A stretch of DNA of 64,000 nucleotides from NCBI GenBank assembly GCA_963791535.1, contig CAWBSW010000040.1:62860-126859 (forward strand). Direction: 5' to 3'. Source of the DNA: an uncultured Actinomycetota bacterium (GTDB taxonomy: Bacteria > Actinomycetota > Actinomycetes > Mycobacteriales > Mycobacteriaceae). The notes below the pieces were generated by a model. The model was not told where the DNA came from. It made no database searches and saw only the letters and a list, made by a program, of their open reading frames with translations. How positions within the stretch are numbered: position 1 is the stretch's first letter; each line of letters starts with the position of its first letter. This document shows, one piece after another, positions 19,396-29,547 of this stretch. The position numbers and the translations under genes were made by a program.

Positions 19396-19529
19396 GTTGC
19401 CACCGGTAGCCATCGCGCTGAGCATGTCGCCGAAGCTGGCGGCTGGGTTGGCTCGCGTCACAAGCCATCGGGGGGACAAGGCTTGACACAACGTTCCGGA
19501 ATTTAGGGCCGACCTATTACGCTTTTGCT

Positions 19530-20855
19530 GTGGTGGCTAAGCGGTGTGGTGCCACACAACCAGCAGGTTCGCGGCGAACGCCGGACTGCGTAGCAGCAGT
19601 GCGGGAGCAACCGCGCGTCCGCAGTCAGCACTATGCCGACCGCATCGCGCGGCAACGCCGGATCCTGTATCTCACCACGTCAATGGCGGTGATCGTCAGC
19701 GCGGGTTTCGGGACAATCCAGGTTTTCGCCGCACCCCATCTGTGGTGGACCGGCGTGATGAATATCGTCGGCGCCGCGATCTACGCGATGGTCCCTTGGC
19801 TGCACCGCTTCGGTGAGTTGGTTGCACCGCTGACCTTCATCGGCACCGCCTACGTCTCGATTTTCGTCATCTGCTGGTTCGTGGGCACCGGCTCGGGATT
19901 GCAGTTCTATTTTCTCGTCGCATCCTGCCTCGTGGTGCTGCAACTGGGCATCGACCGGATCGTCTTGGCAGCGGGCCTGGCGGCCGTCGCCGCCGGGCTG
20001 GTGATCACCTTGCAGTTCCTGGTCCCCCGAGACACCGGTGTCCAGCCGGCGTGGGCTTTGTCCTTGAGCTTCGTCGTGACGACGATCTCGGGCTGCGTGA
20101 TGGTGGTGACGACGGTGTGGTACTCGGTACGCGAGATCGTCCGCGCCGAAACAGCCATGGAAATGGAATACGAACGGTCCGAGGCGTTGCTGGCCAACAT
20201 CTTGCCGGCCAGCGTCGCGGAACGGTTGAAAGATCCGGCGCACAACATCATTGCCGACAAATACGACGACGCCTCTGTGCTGTTTGCCGACATCGCAGGT
20301 TTCACCGAACGGGCCAGCGACATCGCGCCGGACAAGCTGATCCGATTCCTGGATCGGTTGTTCAGCGCCTTCGATGCACTGGTGGATAAACACGGGCTGG
20401 AAAAGATCAAGGTCAGTGGTGACTCCTACATGGTGGTCAGCGGAGTGCCCCAGCCGCGGCCCGATCACGTCGAGGCGCTCGCCGACCTTGCGCTCGACAT
20501 GGCCGAAACCGCGAGCGAACTAAGAGATTCGCGCGGCGAAGTGGTGCCGTTGCGAATCGGGCTCGCATCAGGCCCCGTCGTCGCGGGCGTGGTGGGTTCT
20601 CGGAGGTTCTTCTACGACGTGTGGGGCGACGCGGTCAACGTCGCGTCGCGGATGGAAGCCACCGATTCGGTGGGACGAATCCAGGTGCCCGAGGACGTGT
20701 ACCAGCGGCTGAAAAACAACTTCGTGCTGCAGGAGCGGGGCGCGGTCGCCGTCAAGGGCAAGGGCGTCATGCGCACGTGGTATCTCGTTGGCCGCAAACC
20801 GGACGCCGGTTCCGGCGGTGTGCGTGCCGAGGCGCCACAAGCCGCTGTGCTGTGA
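19530..20855 (+). CDS. cya: Membrane class III adenylate cyclase (Rv1625c)
   Basis: About six TM helices; FADIAGFT, KIKVSGD, YDVWGDAVNVASR. Confidence 0.95.
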   Translation: MVAKRCGATQPAGSRRTPDCVAAVREQPRVRSQHYADRIARQRRILYLTTSMAVIVSAGFGTIQVFAAPHLWWTGVMNIVGAAIYAMVPWLHRFGELVAPLTFIGTAYVSIFVICWFVGTGSGLQFYFLVASCLVVLQLGIDRIVLAAGLAAVAAGLVITLQFLVPRDTGVQPAWALSLSFVVTTISGCVMVVTTVWYSVREIVRAETAMEMEYERSEALLANILPASVAERLKDPAHNIIADKYDDASVLFADIAGFTERASDIAPDKLIRFLDRLFSAFDALVDKHGLEKIKVSGDSYMVVSGVPQPRPDHVEALADLALDMAETASELRDSRGEVVPLRIGLASGPVVAGVVGSRRFFYDVWGDAVNVASRMEATDSVGRIQVPEDVYQRLKNNFVLQERGAVAVKGKGVMRTWYLVGRKPDAGSGGVRAEAPQAAVL

Positions 20856-20907
20856 CACGTAACGCCAAACCCCCCATCAAGATCGCCGTTTGTGGGAAGC
20901 TTGGGCA

Positions 20908-21501
20908 ATGGAAACCACTGCTGTTCCAAAGTTGTTGCCGCATCTGTGGAAGTCGACACTGGTATCCGGACTCCTGGCAGTCGCCCTGGGCGTCCTGGTG
21001 CTGCTGTTGCCCGGAGATTCCATCGTCATCGCCGCCATCCTGTTCGGCATCTACCTGCTGGTCACCGGTATCGCACAAGTTATCTTCGCGTTCAGCCTGC
21101 ACGTCTCCGCGGGCGGGCGAGTGCTGCTATTCATCAGCGGCGCAGCCTCGCTGGTGCTGGCGGTGCTGTGCTTCCGACACTTCGGCGAGGGCTATGCGAT
21201 TCTGCTGCTGGCAATCTGGATTGGCGTCGGCTTCATCTTTCGCGGTGTGGCGACATCGATTTCGGCTATCAGCGATCCCACGTTGCCCGGTCGCGGCTGG
21301 CAGATATTCGTTGGGGTGATCAGCCTTATTGCGGGCGTTGTGATGATCGGATCGCCGTTCGAATCACTCGCGATCCTGATACTCGTCGTCGGCATCTGGC
21401 TGATTGTCATCGGCACCTTCGAGGTCGTGTCGTCGTTCGGTATCCGCAGCGCATCCAAGAGGGCGCATGAGGCGCTGACGGGCGCACCGCACGGATCGTG
21501 A
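20908..21501 (+). CDS. HdeD/DUF308 membrane protein (Rv1624c-like)
   Basis: Multi-TM protein; synteny. Confidence 0.85.
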   Translation: METTAVPKLLPHLWKSTLVSGLLAVALGVLVLLLPGDSIVIAAILFGIYLLVTGIAQVIFAFSLHVSAGGRVLLFISGAASLVLAVLCFRHFGEGYAILLLAIWIGVGFIFRGVATSISAISDPTLPGRGWQIFVGVISLIAGVVMIGSPFESLAILILVVGIWLIVIGTFEVVSSFGIRSASKRAHEALTGAPHGS

Positions 21502-21537
21502 TCGACCGAAAAATTCCGTAGCAATGATCGCGACTGT

Positions 21538-21559
21538 CTACTACACTGCGTCGTAGTAG
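21538..21559. promoter_or_regulatory. Inverted repeat overlapping a putative -10 upstream of cydA
   Basis: CTACTAC-N8-GTAGTAG, overlapping TACACT. Confidence 0.45.
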
Positions 21560-21580
21560 TTAGGCGCTGTCGTCAGGGAG

Positions 21581-23059
21581 ATGGCCATGAACGTCGTCGA
21601 CGTGTCCCGTTGGCAGTTCGGTATCACCACCGTCTACCACTTCATCTTCGTGCCGCTCACCATCGGTCTGGCACCGTTGATCGCCATCATGCAGACGGCA
21701 TGGGTGGTCACCGACAACGTGGCGTGGTATCGGCTCACCAAGTTTTTCGGGAAGCTGTTCCTGATCAACTTCGCGATCGGGGTGGCCACCGGGATCGTGC
21801 AGGAATTCCAGTTCGGCATGAATTGGAGCGAGTACTCGCGGTTCGTCGGCGACGTGTTCGGCGCGCCGCTGGCGATGGAAGGTCTGACCGCGTTCTTCTT
21901 CGAATCGACCTTCATCGGTTTGTGGATCTTCGGCTGGAGCCGACTGCCGCGGCTGGTACACCTGGCCTGCATCTGGATCGTCGCGATCGCCGTCAACGTA
22001 TCCGCGTTCTTCATCATCGTGGCGAACTCCTTCATGCAGCATCCGGTCGGCGCTCAATACAATCCCGCGACCCGGCGCGCCGAGTTGCACAGCATCGGCG
22101 CGCTGCTCAGCAATAACACTGCGCGAGCGGCGTTTTCACATACTGTGGCCGGCTCATTGTTGACCGCTGCGACATTCGTCGCCGCCGTCAGTGCGTGGTG
22201 GCTGGTCCGTTCGGGTAAGCGCGCAACGGACCACCCCGTCGCCGAGTCAGATGCCCGCACCATGTTCCGTCCGGCAGCCATCCTGGGATGCTGGGTTGCG
22301 CTGATCGCCACAGTCGGCTTGTTCTTCACCGGTGACTACCAGGGCAAGCTGATGTTCGTTCAGCAGCCGATGAAGATGGCTTCGGCGGAATCGTTGTGCA
22401 ACACCGAAACCGACCCGGACTTCTCCATCCTGACCGTGGGCACGCACAACAACTGCGACAGCGTCACCCGCGTGATCGAAGTGCCCTACGTGCTGCCGTT
22501 TCTCGCCAAAGGCAGATTCAACGACGTCACTTTGCAGGGCGTACGCGATATCCAGCAGGATTACCAAGAGCGCTTCGGCCCAAACGACTACCGGCCCAAC
22601 CTGTTCGTCACCTACTGGTCGTTTCGCGCGATGATCGGGCTGCTGGCGATTCCGGTCCTTTTCGCGATGGCCGCGTTGTGGCTCACCCGCGGTGGCCGGA
22701 TCCCCGATCGACGATGGTTCTCCTGGCTTGCGCTGGTAGCCCTTCCCACGCCGTTCCTGGCCAATATCTCCGGTTGGGTGTTCACCGAAATGGGCCGCCA
22801 GCCCTGGATCGTGGTGCCAAATCCGACCGGCGACCAGCATGTCCGATTCACCGTCCACGAGGCCGTCTCACATCACGCTGCTGGCATGGTCGTCACCTCG
22901 CTGGTCACCTTCACCCTGGTCTACGCGGTGCTGGCGGTGATCTGGTTCTGGCTGCTCAAGCGCTACATCGTCGAAGGGCCGCAGGAACACGACGCGGAAC
23001 CGGCTGCGCCGCGGTCACCCAGCGACGACGACGTGGCACCGCTGTCTTTCGCCTACTAA
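21581..23059 (+). CDS. cydA: Cytochrome bd oxidase subunit I
   Basis: RWQFG..HF, EFQFG, QPMKMA, GRQPW. Confidence 0.98.
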   Translation: MAMNVVDVSRWQFGITTVYHFIFVPLTIGLAPLIAIMQTAWVVTDNVAWYRLTKFFGKLFLINFAIGVATGIVQEFQFGMNWSEYSRFVGDVFGAPLAMEGLTAFFFESTFIGLWIFGWSRLPRLVHLACIWIVAIAVNVSAFFIIVANSFMQHPVGAQYNPATRRAELHSIGALLSNNTARAAFSHTVAGSLLTAATFVAAVSAWWLVRSGKRATDHPVAESDARTMFRPAAILGCWVALIATVGLFFTGDYQGKLMFVQQPMKMASAESLCNTETDPDFSILTVGTHNNCDSVTRVIEVPYVLPFLAKGRFNDVTLQGVRDIQQDYQERFGPNDYRPNLFVTYWSFRAMIGLLAIPVLFAMAALWLTRGGRIPDRRWFSWLALVALPTPFLANISGWVFTEMGRQPWIVVPNPTGDQHVRFTVHEAVSHHAAGMVVTSLVTFTLVYAVLAVIWFWLLKRYIVEGPQEHDAEPAAPRSPSDDDVAPLSFAY

Positions 23060-23086
23060 GGACTGCCGACGGAAAGGAGCTGACCG

Positions 23087-24127
23087 GTGGGACTGCAAGA
23101 GCTGTGGTTCGGCATCATCGGGCTGCTGTTTCTCGGTTTCTTCATCCTCGAGGGTTTCGACTTCGGCGTGGGCATGTTGATGGAACCGTTCGCGCGCGTC
23201 GGCGTCGGCGAACCGGAAGCCCACCGCCGCGCAGCGCTGAACACAATCGGGCCGGTCTGGGACGGCAATGAGGTCTGGCTGATCACCGCCGGCGCAGCGA
23301 TGTTCGCCGCATTTCCCGGCTGGTACGCCGTCGTCTTCTCCACCCTGTACCTGCCGCTGCTGGCAATCCTGTTCGGCATGATCGTGCGTTCGGTGTCGAT
23401 CGAATGGCGCGGCAAGGTCGACGACTCGAAATGGCGGGCCCTGGCCGACTTCGGGATCGCGGCCGGGTCGTGGTTGCCTGCCGTGCTGTGGGGTGTGGCG
23501 TTCGCCGTCTTGGTACGTGGGCTCCCGGTGGACGCCAGTGGCCAGGTCGACTTGTCGATCACCGATGTGCTCAACGCCTACACGCTGTTGGGCGGCTTGG
23601 CCACAGCGGGGCTGTTTCTGTTCTACGGCGCGGTATTCGTTTCCCTGAAGACATCGGGCGCGATCCGCGACGACGCTCACCGCTTCGCTGTGCGGCTGTC
23701 ACTCCCGGTGACCGGACTGGTTGGGGGCTTTGGGCTTTGGACGCAGCTGGCCCACGGCAAGAATTGGACCTGGCTGGTGCTGGCGGTCGCGGTGGTGGCA
23801 CAGCTGGCGGCGGTGGCCTTGGTGTGGCGACGCGCATCCGACGGCTGGGCGTTCCTGTGCACCGCTTTGGTGGTGGCGGCGGTTGTGATCCTTCTGTTCG
23901 GAGCGCTGTATCCGAACCTGGTGCCTTCCACGCTGAACAAGCAATGGAACGTGACGATCTACAACGCCTCGTCGACTCCGTACACCCTCAAGATCATGAC
24001 TTGGGTGACAGCGCTCATGGCTCCGCTGACGGTGATATACCAGGGCTGGACGTATTGGGTTTTCCGGCAACGGATTTCGGTTGACCGCATTCCGTCGGCG
24101 ACAGGGCTGGCGAGGCGACCGTCCTGA
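23087..24127 (+). CDS. cydB: Cytochrome bd oxidase subunit II
   Basis: EGFDFGVG, PVWDGNEVW. Confidence 0.98.
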   Translation: MGLQELWFGIIGLLFLGFFILEGFDFGVGMLMEPFARVGVGEPEAHRRAALNTIGPVWDGNEVWLITAGAAMFAAFPGWYAVVFSTLYLPLLAILFGMIVRSVSIEWRGKVDDSKWRALADFGIAAGSWLPAVLWGVAFAVLVRGLPVDASGQVDLSITDVLNAYTLLGGLATAGLFLFYGAVFVSLKTSGAIRDDAHRFAVRLSLPVTGLVGGFGLWTQLAHGKNWTWLVLAVAVVAQLAAVALVWRRASDGWAFLCTALVVAAVVILLFGALYPNLVPSTLNKQWNVTIYNASSTPYTLKIMTWVTALMAPLTVIYQGWTYWVFRQRISVDRIPSATGLARRPS

Positions 24128-24147
24128 GCGCGAGCAGCCGGGGGCCC

Positions 24148-25794
24148 GTGGATCCGCGACTGTGGCGGGCATCTGCGGCGCTGCGCCGCTTCCTGGCCGC
24201 AACAACGGTATGCGGTCTTGTGATCTCTGGTTGCGCGATCGGCTCGGCGATCCTGCTGGCGCACATCGCTTCCCGGGTCATCACCGATCCGGCCGCGCGC
24301 ACCCTAAGCCAGTGGGCACCGATGTTGTGGATCCTGCTGGCGGTGTGGACGGTGCGTGCCGTGGCGCACTGGCTGCAGGCCCGACTGGGCCAACGTGGCG
24401 CGAGCGCGGTCATCGCCGACCTCAGTGGCCAGGTGCTTACGGCCGTCACCGCCCGGCAACCCAGGCAGTTGGCAGCTCAGCGCGACGCCGCGGCCGCGGT
24501 GGTGACCCGTGGACTCGACGCGTTGCGACCCTATTTCACCGCGTATCTGCCGGCATTGCTGCTGGCAGCGATCCTGACCCCGGTGAGTGCGGCGGTAGTC
24601 GGGTTCTACGACCTGAAATCGGCTGTGATCGTGGCGATCACGCTGCCGCTGATCCCGATCTTCATGGTGCTGATCGGCCTGGCGACCGCTGAGCGGTCCG
24701 CAGCCGCGCTGGCCGCCATGGCCACCCTGCAGGCTCGGCTGTTGGACCTGATCGCCGGAATTCCGACGCTGCGGGCCCTGGGCCGCGCCGCCGGGCCCGA
24801 GCGCCGCATTTCCGAGTTGGCCGCCGCCCATCGCCGCTCAGCCATGGCCACGCTGCGGATCGCGTTCCTCTCCGCGCTGGTGTTGGAACTTCTCGCCACC
24901 CTCGGCGTCGCCATGGTCGCGGTCGGCATCGGCCTGCGTCTGGTGTTCGGTGAGATCAGCCTGACCGCGGGTTTGACCGTGCTGTTGCTCGCACCTGACG
25001 TCTATTGGCCGCTGCGCCGCATCGGCGTGGAATTCCATGCCGCCCAAGATGGTCGGGCCGCCGCCGACAAAGCGTTCGCGCTGATCGAGGACTCCGCGAC
25101 TCCGGTCCCGGGTATCCGAACGATCTCGGCGCGAGGCGCCGTGATTGTTCTCAACGAGCTCAGCGTCACAGGTCGCGACGGGTCCTGCCCGCATGATCTC
25201 AGTGCCGTGATCCAGCCGGGCCGGGTAACAGTACTCACCGGTGCGAACGGCGCAGGAAAAAGCACCACTCTGCAGGTCATCGCCGGAATCAGCGCGGCCA
25301 CCAATGGTGGTGTAACCGTGGCCGGAGTCGAGATGACCGATCTCGAACCGACCTCGTGGTGGCGGCAGCTGTCCTGGCTGCCGCAGCGCCCTGTGCTCAT
25401 CCCCGGGACCGTCGCCGACAACCTGGACCTGTTCGGCGCCCTCGCTGATCTTGAAAATGCCTGTGTGTCATCTGGATTCGATCAAGTATTGGCCGAGCTG
25501 CCTAACGGGATCGACACCGTCATCGCAAGCGGCGGCGTGGGGCTGTCACTGGGTCAGCGGCAGCGCCTCGGCCTGGCCCGCGCGCTCGGCTCACCGGCTC
25601 CGGTGCTGCTGCTCGACGAGCCCACCGCGCACCTGGACGCCGCAACCGAAACCCGGGTGTTGGGGGCCATTGTCGAACGGGCGCGCACCGGTGCCACCGT
25701 CGTCGTCGTCGGCCACCGCGACCACGTCCTCGAAATCGGTGATCAGGTCATCGAGGTGGCCGGGGTGGGTGACGTCCAGCATGCTCGCGTCTGA
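24148..25794 (+). CDS. cydD: Thiol reductant ABC exporter CydD
   Basis: TM domain, GANGAGKS, LSLGQ. Confidence 0.93.
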   Translation: MDPRLWRASAALRRFLAATTVCGLVISGCAIGSAILLAHIASRVITDPAARTLSQWAPMLWILLAVWTVRAVAHWLQARLGQRGASAVIADLSGQVLTAVTARQPRQLAAQRDAAAAVVTRGLDALRPYFTAYLPALLLAAILTPVSAAVVGFYDLKSAVIVAITLPLIPIFMVLIGLATAERSAAALAAMATLQARLLDLIAGIPTLRALGRAAGPERRISELAAAHRRSAMATLRIAFLSALVLELLATLGVAMVAVGIGLRLVFGEISLTAGLTVLLLAPDVYWPLRRIGVEFHAAQDGRAAADKAFALIEDSATPVPGIRTISARGAVIVLNELSVTGRDGSCPHDLSAVIQPGRVTVLTGANGAGKSTTLQVIAGISAATNGGVTVAGVEMTDLEPTSWWRQLSWLPQRPVLIPGTVADNLDLFGALADLENACVSSGFDQVLAELPNGIDTVIASGGVGLSLGQRQRLGLARALGSPAPVLLLDEPTAHLDAATETRVLGAIVERARTGATVVVVGHRDHVLEIGDQVIEVAGVGDVQHARV

Positions 25795-27505
25795 TCCCCT
25801 GCCGGCCGCGGTGCGGCTGCTGCACCCGCGGATCCCCCGCCTGCTGCTGGCAATAGCGCTTGGGGTGCTGTCGCTGGGCAGCGCTCTGGCGCTGGCCGGG
25901 CTGTCGGCCTGGTTGATCACCCGCGCCTGGCAAATGCCGCCGATACTGGATCTGTCGATCGCTGTGGTGGCGGTTCGCACCTTCGCGATTTCCCGTGGCG
26001 TGCTGCATTATTGCGAACGGCTGGCCAGCCACGACACCGCGTTGCGGGCCGCGGGCACCGCCCGCGCGCAGATCTATTACCGGCTAGCGCACGGTCCAGC
26101 CGACATCGCCACTCGATTGCACAGCGGCGAGCTGGTCTCGCGAGTCGGCGCTGATGTCGACCAGCTGGCCGACGTGCTGGTCCGCGCCCTGCTGCCATTC
26201 AGTGTCGCGGCGGTGCTCGCCGTGGCGGCGACCGCGGTCGTCGGGGTTATCTCCCCGTCGGCTGCGGCGGTCTTGGCAATCTGCCTCCTGATCGCCGGCA
26301 TCGTCGCGCCGTGGCTGGCATCGAGGGCCGCTGCCGCGCAGGAAGTGGTTGCACGCCAACACCATTCCGCTCGTGACGTGTCAGCGATGCTGGCGCTCGA
26401 GCATGCGCCCGAGCTGCGAGTCGCCGGTAGGTTGCACAATATTGTTCTGGAGTCGCAACGCCGGCAACGCGATTGGGGCGACGCGATCGACGCCGCGGCC
26501 CAACCGGCCGCATTCGCGGAAGCGATTCCCACCGCGGCCATCGGCGTCAGCGTGCTGGGGGCCGTGGTGGCGGGCATCGGGATGGCGGGCTCGGTTGCAC
26601 CCACCACGCTGGCGGTCCTGATGCTGTTGCCGCTGTCGGCGTTCGAGGCGACGTCGCCGTTGCCCGCCGCCGCCATCCAATTGACACGTTCACGATTGGC
26701 GGCACGGCGTCTGCTCGAACTGACCCCGGCTGACATCGCAGTGAAGACCGCGGATCCCCGACCACATCCCTCGCCTACCGGGCGGCTGTGCAGCAAGGAC
26801 ATGGTGGCGGCTCACCCGGGCGGTCGAGTGCCGGCCGCCGTAACGGTCGACCTCCCGCCGGGCGCCAGGCTGGCGGTGACCGGCCCCAGCGGGTCCGGTA
26901 AGACGACACTGCTGATGACCCTGGCAGGTCTGCTGGCGCCGTCGCGCGGCACCGTGACCCTGGGCGGAGCGCCGCTGGATCAATTCGGCGAAGGCGAAAT
27001 ACGCTCCGCTATAGGCTTTTTTGCGGAGGATGCACATATCTTCGCGACGACCGTTCGAGACAACTTGCTGGTGGCGCGGGGCGATTGCCCAGACGATCAG
27101 CTGGGCGACGCGCTGCGCCGGGTCGGCTTGGACAACTGGTTGGTGGATCTGCCGAATGGCCTCGACACGGTGTTGCCCGGTGGCGCGCAGGCGTTGTCGG
27201 CGGGCCAACGCAGGAGGCTGCTACTCGCCCGGGCGCTCATCTCGCCTGCGCGGATCGTGCTGCTCGATGAACCGACCGAGCACCTCGACGCCGCCGACGC
27301 CGAACCCATTCTGCGCAGCCTGCTCAGCGCCGACGGTGGTCTGATGGCTGCCGAGCGGACGGTAGTCGTGGCTACGCATCACCTGTCCAATGACATTCGA
27401 TGTCTCGAGTTACGGATCTGCGCCGGCGGGTACTCTGGCAAACAGTCTTCCAGGACGCCCAGCAAGGAAGCGAGCCATGACCGAACCTCTGGACACACCG
27501 TCTAA
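25781..27505 (+). CDS. cydC: Thiol reductant ABC exporter CydC
   Basis: ERLASHD, GPSGSGKT, LSAGQ. Confidence 0.93.
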   Translation: MLASDPLPAAVRLLHPRIPRLLLAIALGVLSLGSALALAGLSAWLITRAWQMPPILDLSIAVVAVRTFAISRGVLHYCERLASHDTALRAAGTARAQIYYRLAHGPADIATRLHSGELVSRVGADVDQLADVLVRALLPFSVAAVLAVAATAVVGVISPSAAAVLAICLLIAGIVAPWLASRAAAAQEVVARQHHSARDVSAMLALEHAPELRVAGRLHNIVLESQRRQRDWGDAIDAAAQPAAFAEAIPTAAIGVSVLGAVVAGIGMAGSVAPTTLAVLMLLPLSAFEATSPLPAAAIQLTRSRLAARRLLELTPADIAVKTADPRPHPSPTGRLCSKDMVAAHPGGRVPAAVTVDLPPGARLAVTGPSGSGKTTLLMTLAGLLAPSRGTVTLGGAPLDQFGEGEIRSAIGFFAEDAHIFATTVRDNLLVARGDCPDDQLGDALRRVGLDNWLVDLPNGLDTVLPGGAQALSAGQRRRLLLARALISPARIVLLDEPTEHLDAADAEPILRSLLSADGGLMAAERTVVVATHHLSNDIRCLELRICAGGYSGKQSSRTPSKEASHDRTSGHTV

Positions 27506-28046
27506 CAAACGGGAAAAACCTGAGGGAACACCGCAAGCGGCGCCGCCGTATCCATACCCGTCCGCGTATCAATATCAGCCCGGCCCATACCCCGGCGGCT
27601 ATCTACCGCCGCCCCACTACGGTTACCCGGGTTACCCGCCACCGCCGGTCCAGCCAAAAAACGGACTAGGTATCACGTCGCTGGTGCTGGCGATTATCGG
27701 GTTGCTCAGTGTCTGGGTGCCCGTCGTCAACATCGTCAGCATGGTGCTGGGACTCGTCGCCGTGGTCGTCGGGTTCCTCGCGCGCGGACGTGTGAGGCGG
27801 GGCGCCGCCAACAATGGCGGTATCGCGGTCGCCGGCATCGTGCTGGGCGGACTCGCGATCATCGTTGGCTTGGCCTTCATCGCTCTCTATATGACGGTCT
27901 GGAAGGACGTCGGCGGCGGCGACTACATCGACTGCATGCAGAAAGCCGGCCCAGACCAGTCAGAGCAGCAGCGTTGCGCGGATCAGTTCCGGCAAAACGT
28001 CGAAGACCAGTTGAGCGTCACGCTGACGCCAACGCCGGCGCCGTAA
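27477..28046 (+). CDS. DUF4190-like membrane protein
   Basis: Pro/Tyr-rich N-terminus, NGLGITSLVL, C-terminal Cys pair. Confidence 0.8.
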   Translation: MTEPLDTPSNKREKPEGTPQAAPPYPYPSAYQYQPGPYPGGYLPPPHYGYPGYPPPPVQPKNGLGITSLVLAIIGLLSVWVPVVNIVSMVLGLVAVVVGFLARGRVRRGAANNGGIAVAGIVLGGLAIIVGLAFIALYMTVWKDVGGGDYIDCMQKAGPDQSEQQRCADQFRQNVEDQLSVTLTPTPAP

Positions 28047-28050
28047 AGCG

Positions 28051-29433
28051 TTAAAGGCCACGGCGACGCGGCATGAACTCCAGCGACAGCAACACGTAGA
28101 TCAGCGGCACAAGCTGAGTCAACGACACCAGCGCATAGCGCCGATCGTCCAGCGCGTGGAATTTGCGCAGGTATCGATACAGCGATTCAAGCGCGATCAA
28201 TGGATCCAGCAGATGGATCAGCCAGTAGAACAGGGCTTGTATCCGGCCGTGCTGCTTCTCGTCGAAGATTTCTGGGAAAGCCGCGAATGCTAACGATACT
28301 CGTTGCGCGCCAGCACTTTTGGCCGCAGTGACCATGTCGACGCTGAGCCGTTCGTCGATCCCGTTGGGCGCCCCGCGGCGACGCCACGGTACGTCCAGGG
28401 TGACATCGCTACCGCCGCCGGCGGTGGCGTAGCGGTGAAAGCCCTGCACCCGCCCGGATTTGTCTCTCGCGATGATCAGCTGTATCCCCGGATATCGGCC
28501 CTGCAGCGCGCCGTCCAAATTCATGCAGAATCCGCGATCGGTGTGCGCGCCACTGGAAGACGCCCGCAAGACCTCGCTCAACTCGGCCCGCAGCCGGCCG
28601 TCGAGTTTCTGCTCGGCGACGATGTCGGTGGTGATACCGCAGTTGTGCGTGCGTCTGACCGCCTGACGCAAGTTGCGGAACTTGCGCCCAACCATGTCGA
28701 AGCTGGACACGTCGATGACAACATCCCGGCCGATCGGCACCGGATGCAGCGATTGGCCCAGCACCTTCGGGTCGTTCCACAGCCGGACCCGCCGCTCACT
28801 GCAAGCCAGCACGACGATCCGCCAACCGTGGGTATGACACATGGTGGCGAAGTCGGCGACCAGTTGCGGAAATCGCGCCTCGTCACCGACAGGGTCCCCA
28901 CTGACGACCGCATAGCCGATTCGGGTCCGGTACGCCAGCGCCGCTGTCCCGTCCGCGGTGAACAGGTAGCACTTACCCGCCTGCATCGCGAACGGCGCCA
29001 GCGGGTCGCCGCTGGTGGCCTTGATCAGGGACCACACCCGAGACAGGTCGCCGGGATGCCCGCGCGCTGATGTGGGCCACATCAGCGCCAGACCTGACCC
29101 CGCGATCACCACGTCACCGAGCAGATCGAAAGACAGGACGTGCGCGCCGATCCCGGCGAGCAGGAGGAAAACTGCGGCTATCGCGTGCCCGGCTGTGACC
29201 GGGCGACCCAGAAAGATACCCCGGGCGATCAACGCCACCGCGGCCAACACCGTCAGCGACCATTCCAGCCGACCAGTCGGGCCGCGGGCAATCACTTTCA
29301 TCAACCAGCAGGCCGCGCTGAGCAGACCCAGCGCACCAACCCAACGGGCCGCTAGCGAGTGGACGTCAACAACAACCCGCTCGCTTGGGGGACCCTCGGA
29401 CGCGATGCCGATCGACGACTGGTGCACGCCCAC
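28051..29433 (-). CDS. MprF/DUF2156 lysyltransferase-like protein (Rv1619/LysX2-like)
   Basis: SGDPVG, NLRQAV, PNGIDE, SLYRYLRKF; synteny. Confidence 0.85.
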   Translation of the reverse strand: MGVHQSSIGIASEGPPSERVVVDVHSLAARWVGALGLLSAACWLMKVIARGPTGRLEWSLTVLAAVALIARGIFLGRPVTAGHAIAAVFLLLAGIGAHVLSFDLLGDVVIAGSGLALMWPTSARGHPGDLSRVWSLIKATSGDPLAPFAMQAGKCYLFTADGTAALAYRTRIGYAVVSGDPVGDEARFPQLVADFATMCHTHGWRIVVLACSERRVRLWNDPKVLGQSLHPVPIGRDVVIDVSSFDMVGRKFRNLRQAVRRTHNCGITTDIVAEQKLDGRLRAELSEVLRASSSGAHTDRGFCMNLDGALQGRYPGIQLIIARDKSGRVQGFHRYATAGGGSDVTLDVPWRRRGAPNGIDERLSVDMVTAAKSAGAQRVSLAFAAFPEIFDEKQHGRIQALFYWLIHLLDPLIALESLYRYLRKFHALDDRRYALVSLTQLVPLIYVLLSLEFMPRRRGL

Positions 29434-29547
29434 CTCCGGGTCTTGTAGTCGCTAGCGCTCGACTACTCAACCAACTGAAACGTTACGCCCGGAGCCGCTG
29501 TTACTGCAGTGCCGCCGGGGCCTGCAATCGAATCGTTGCTCGCTGTC

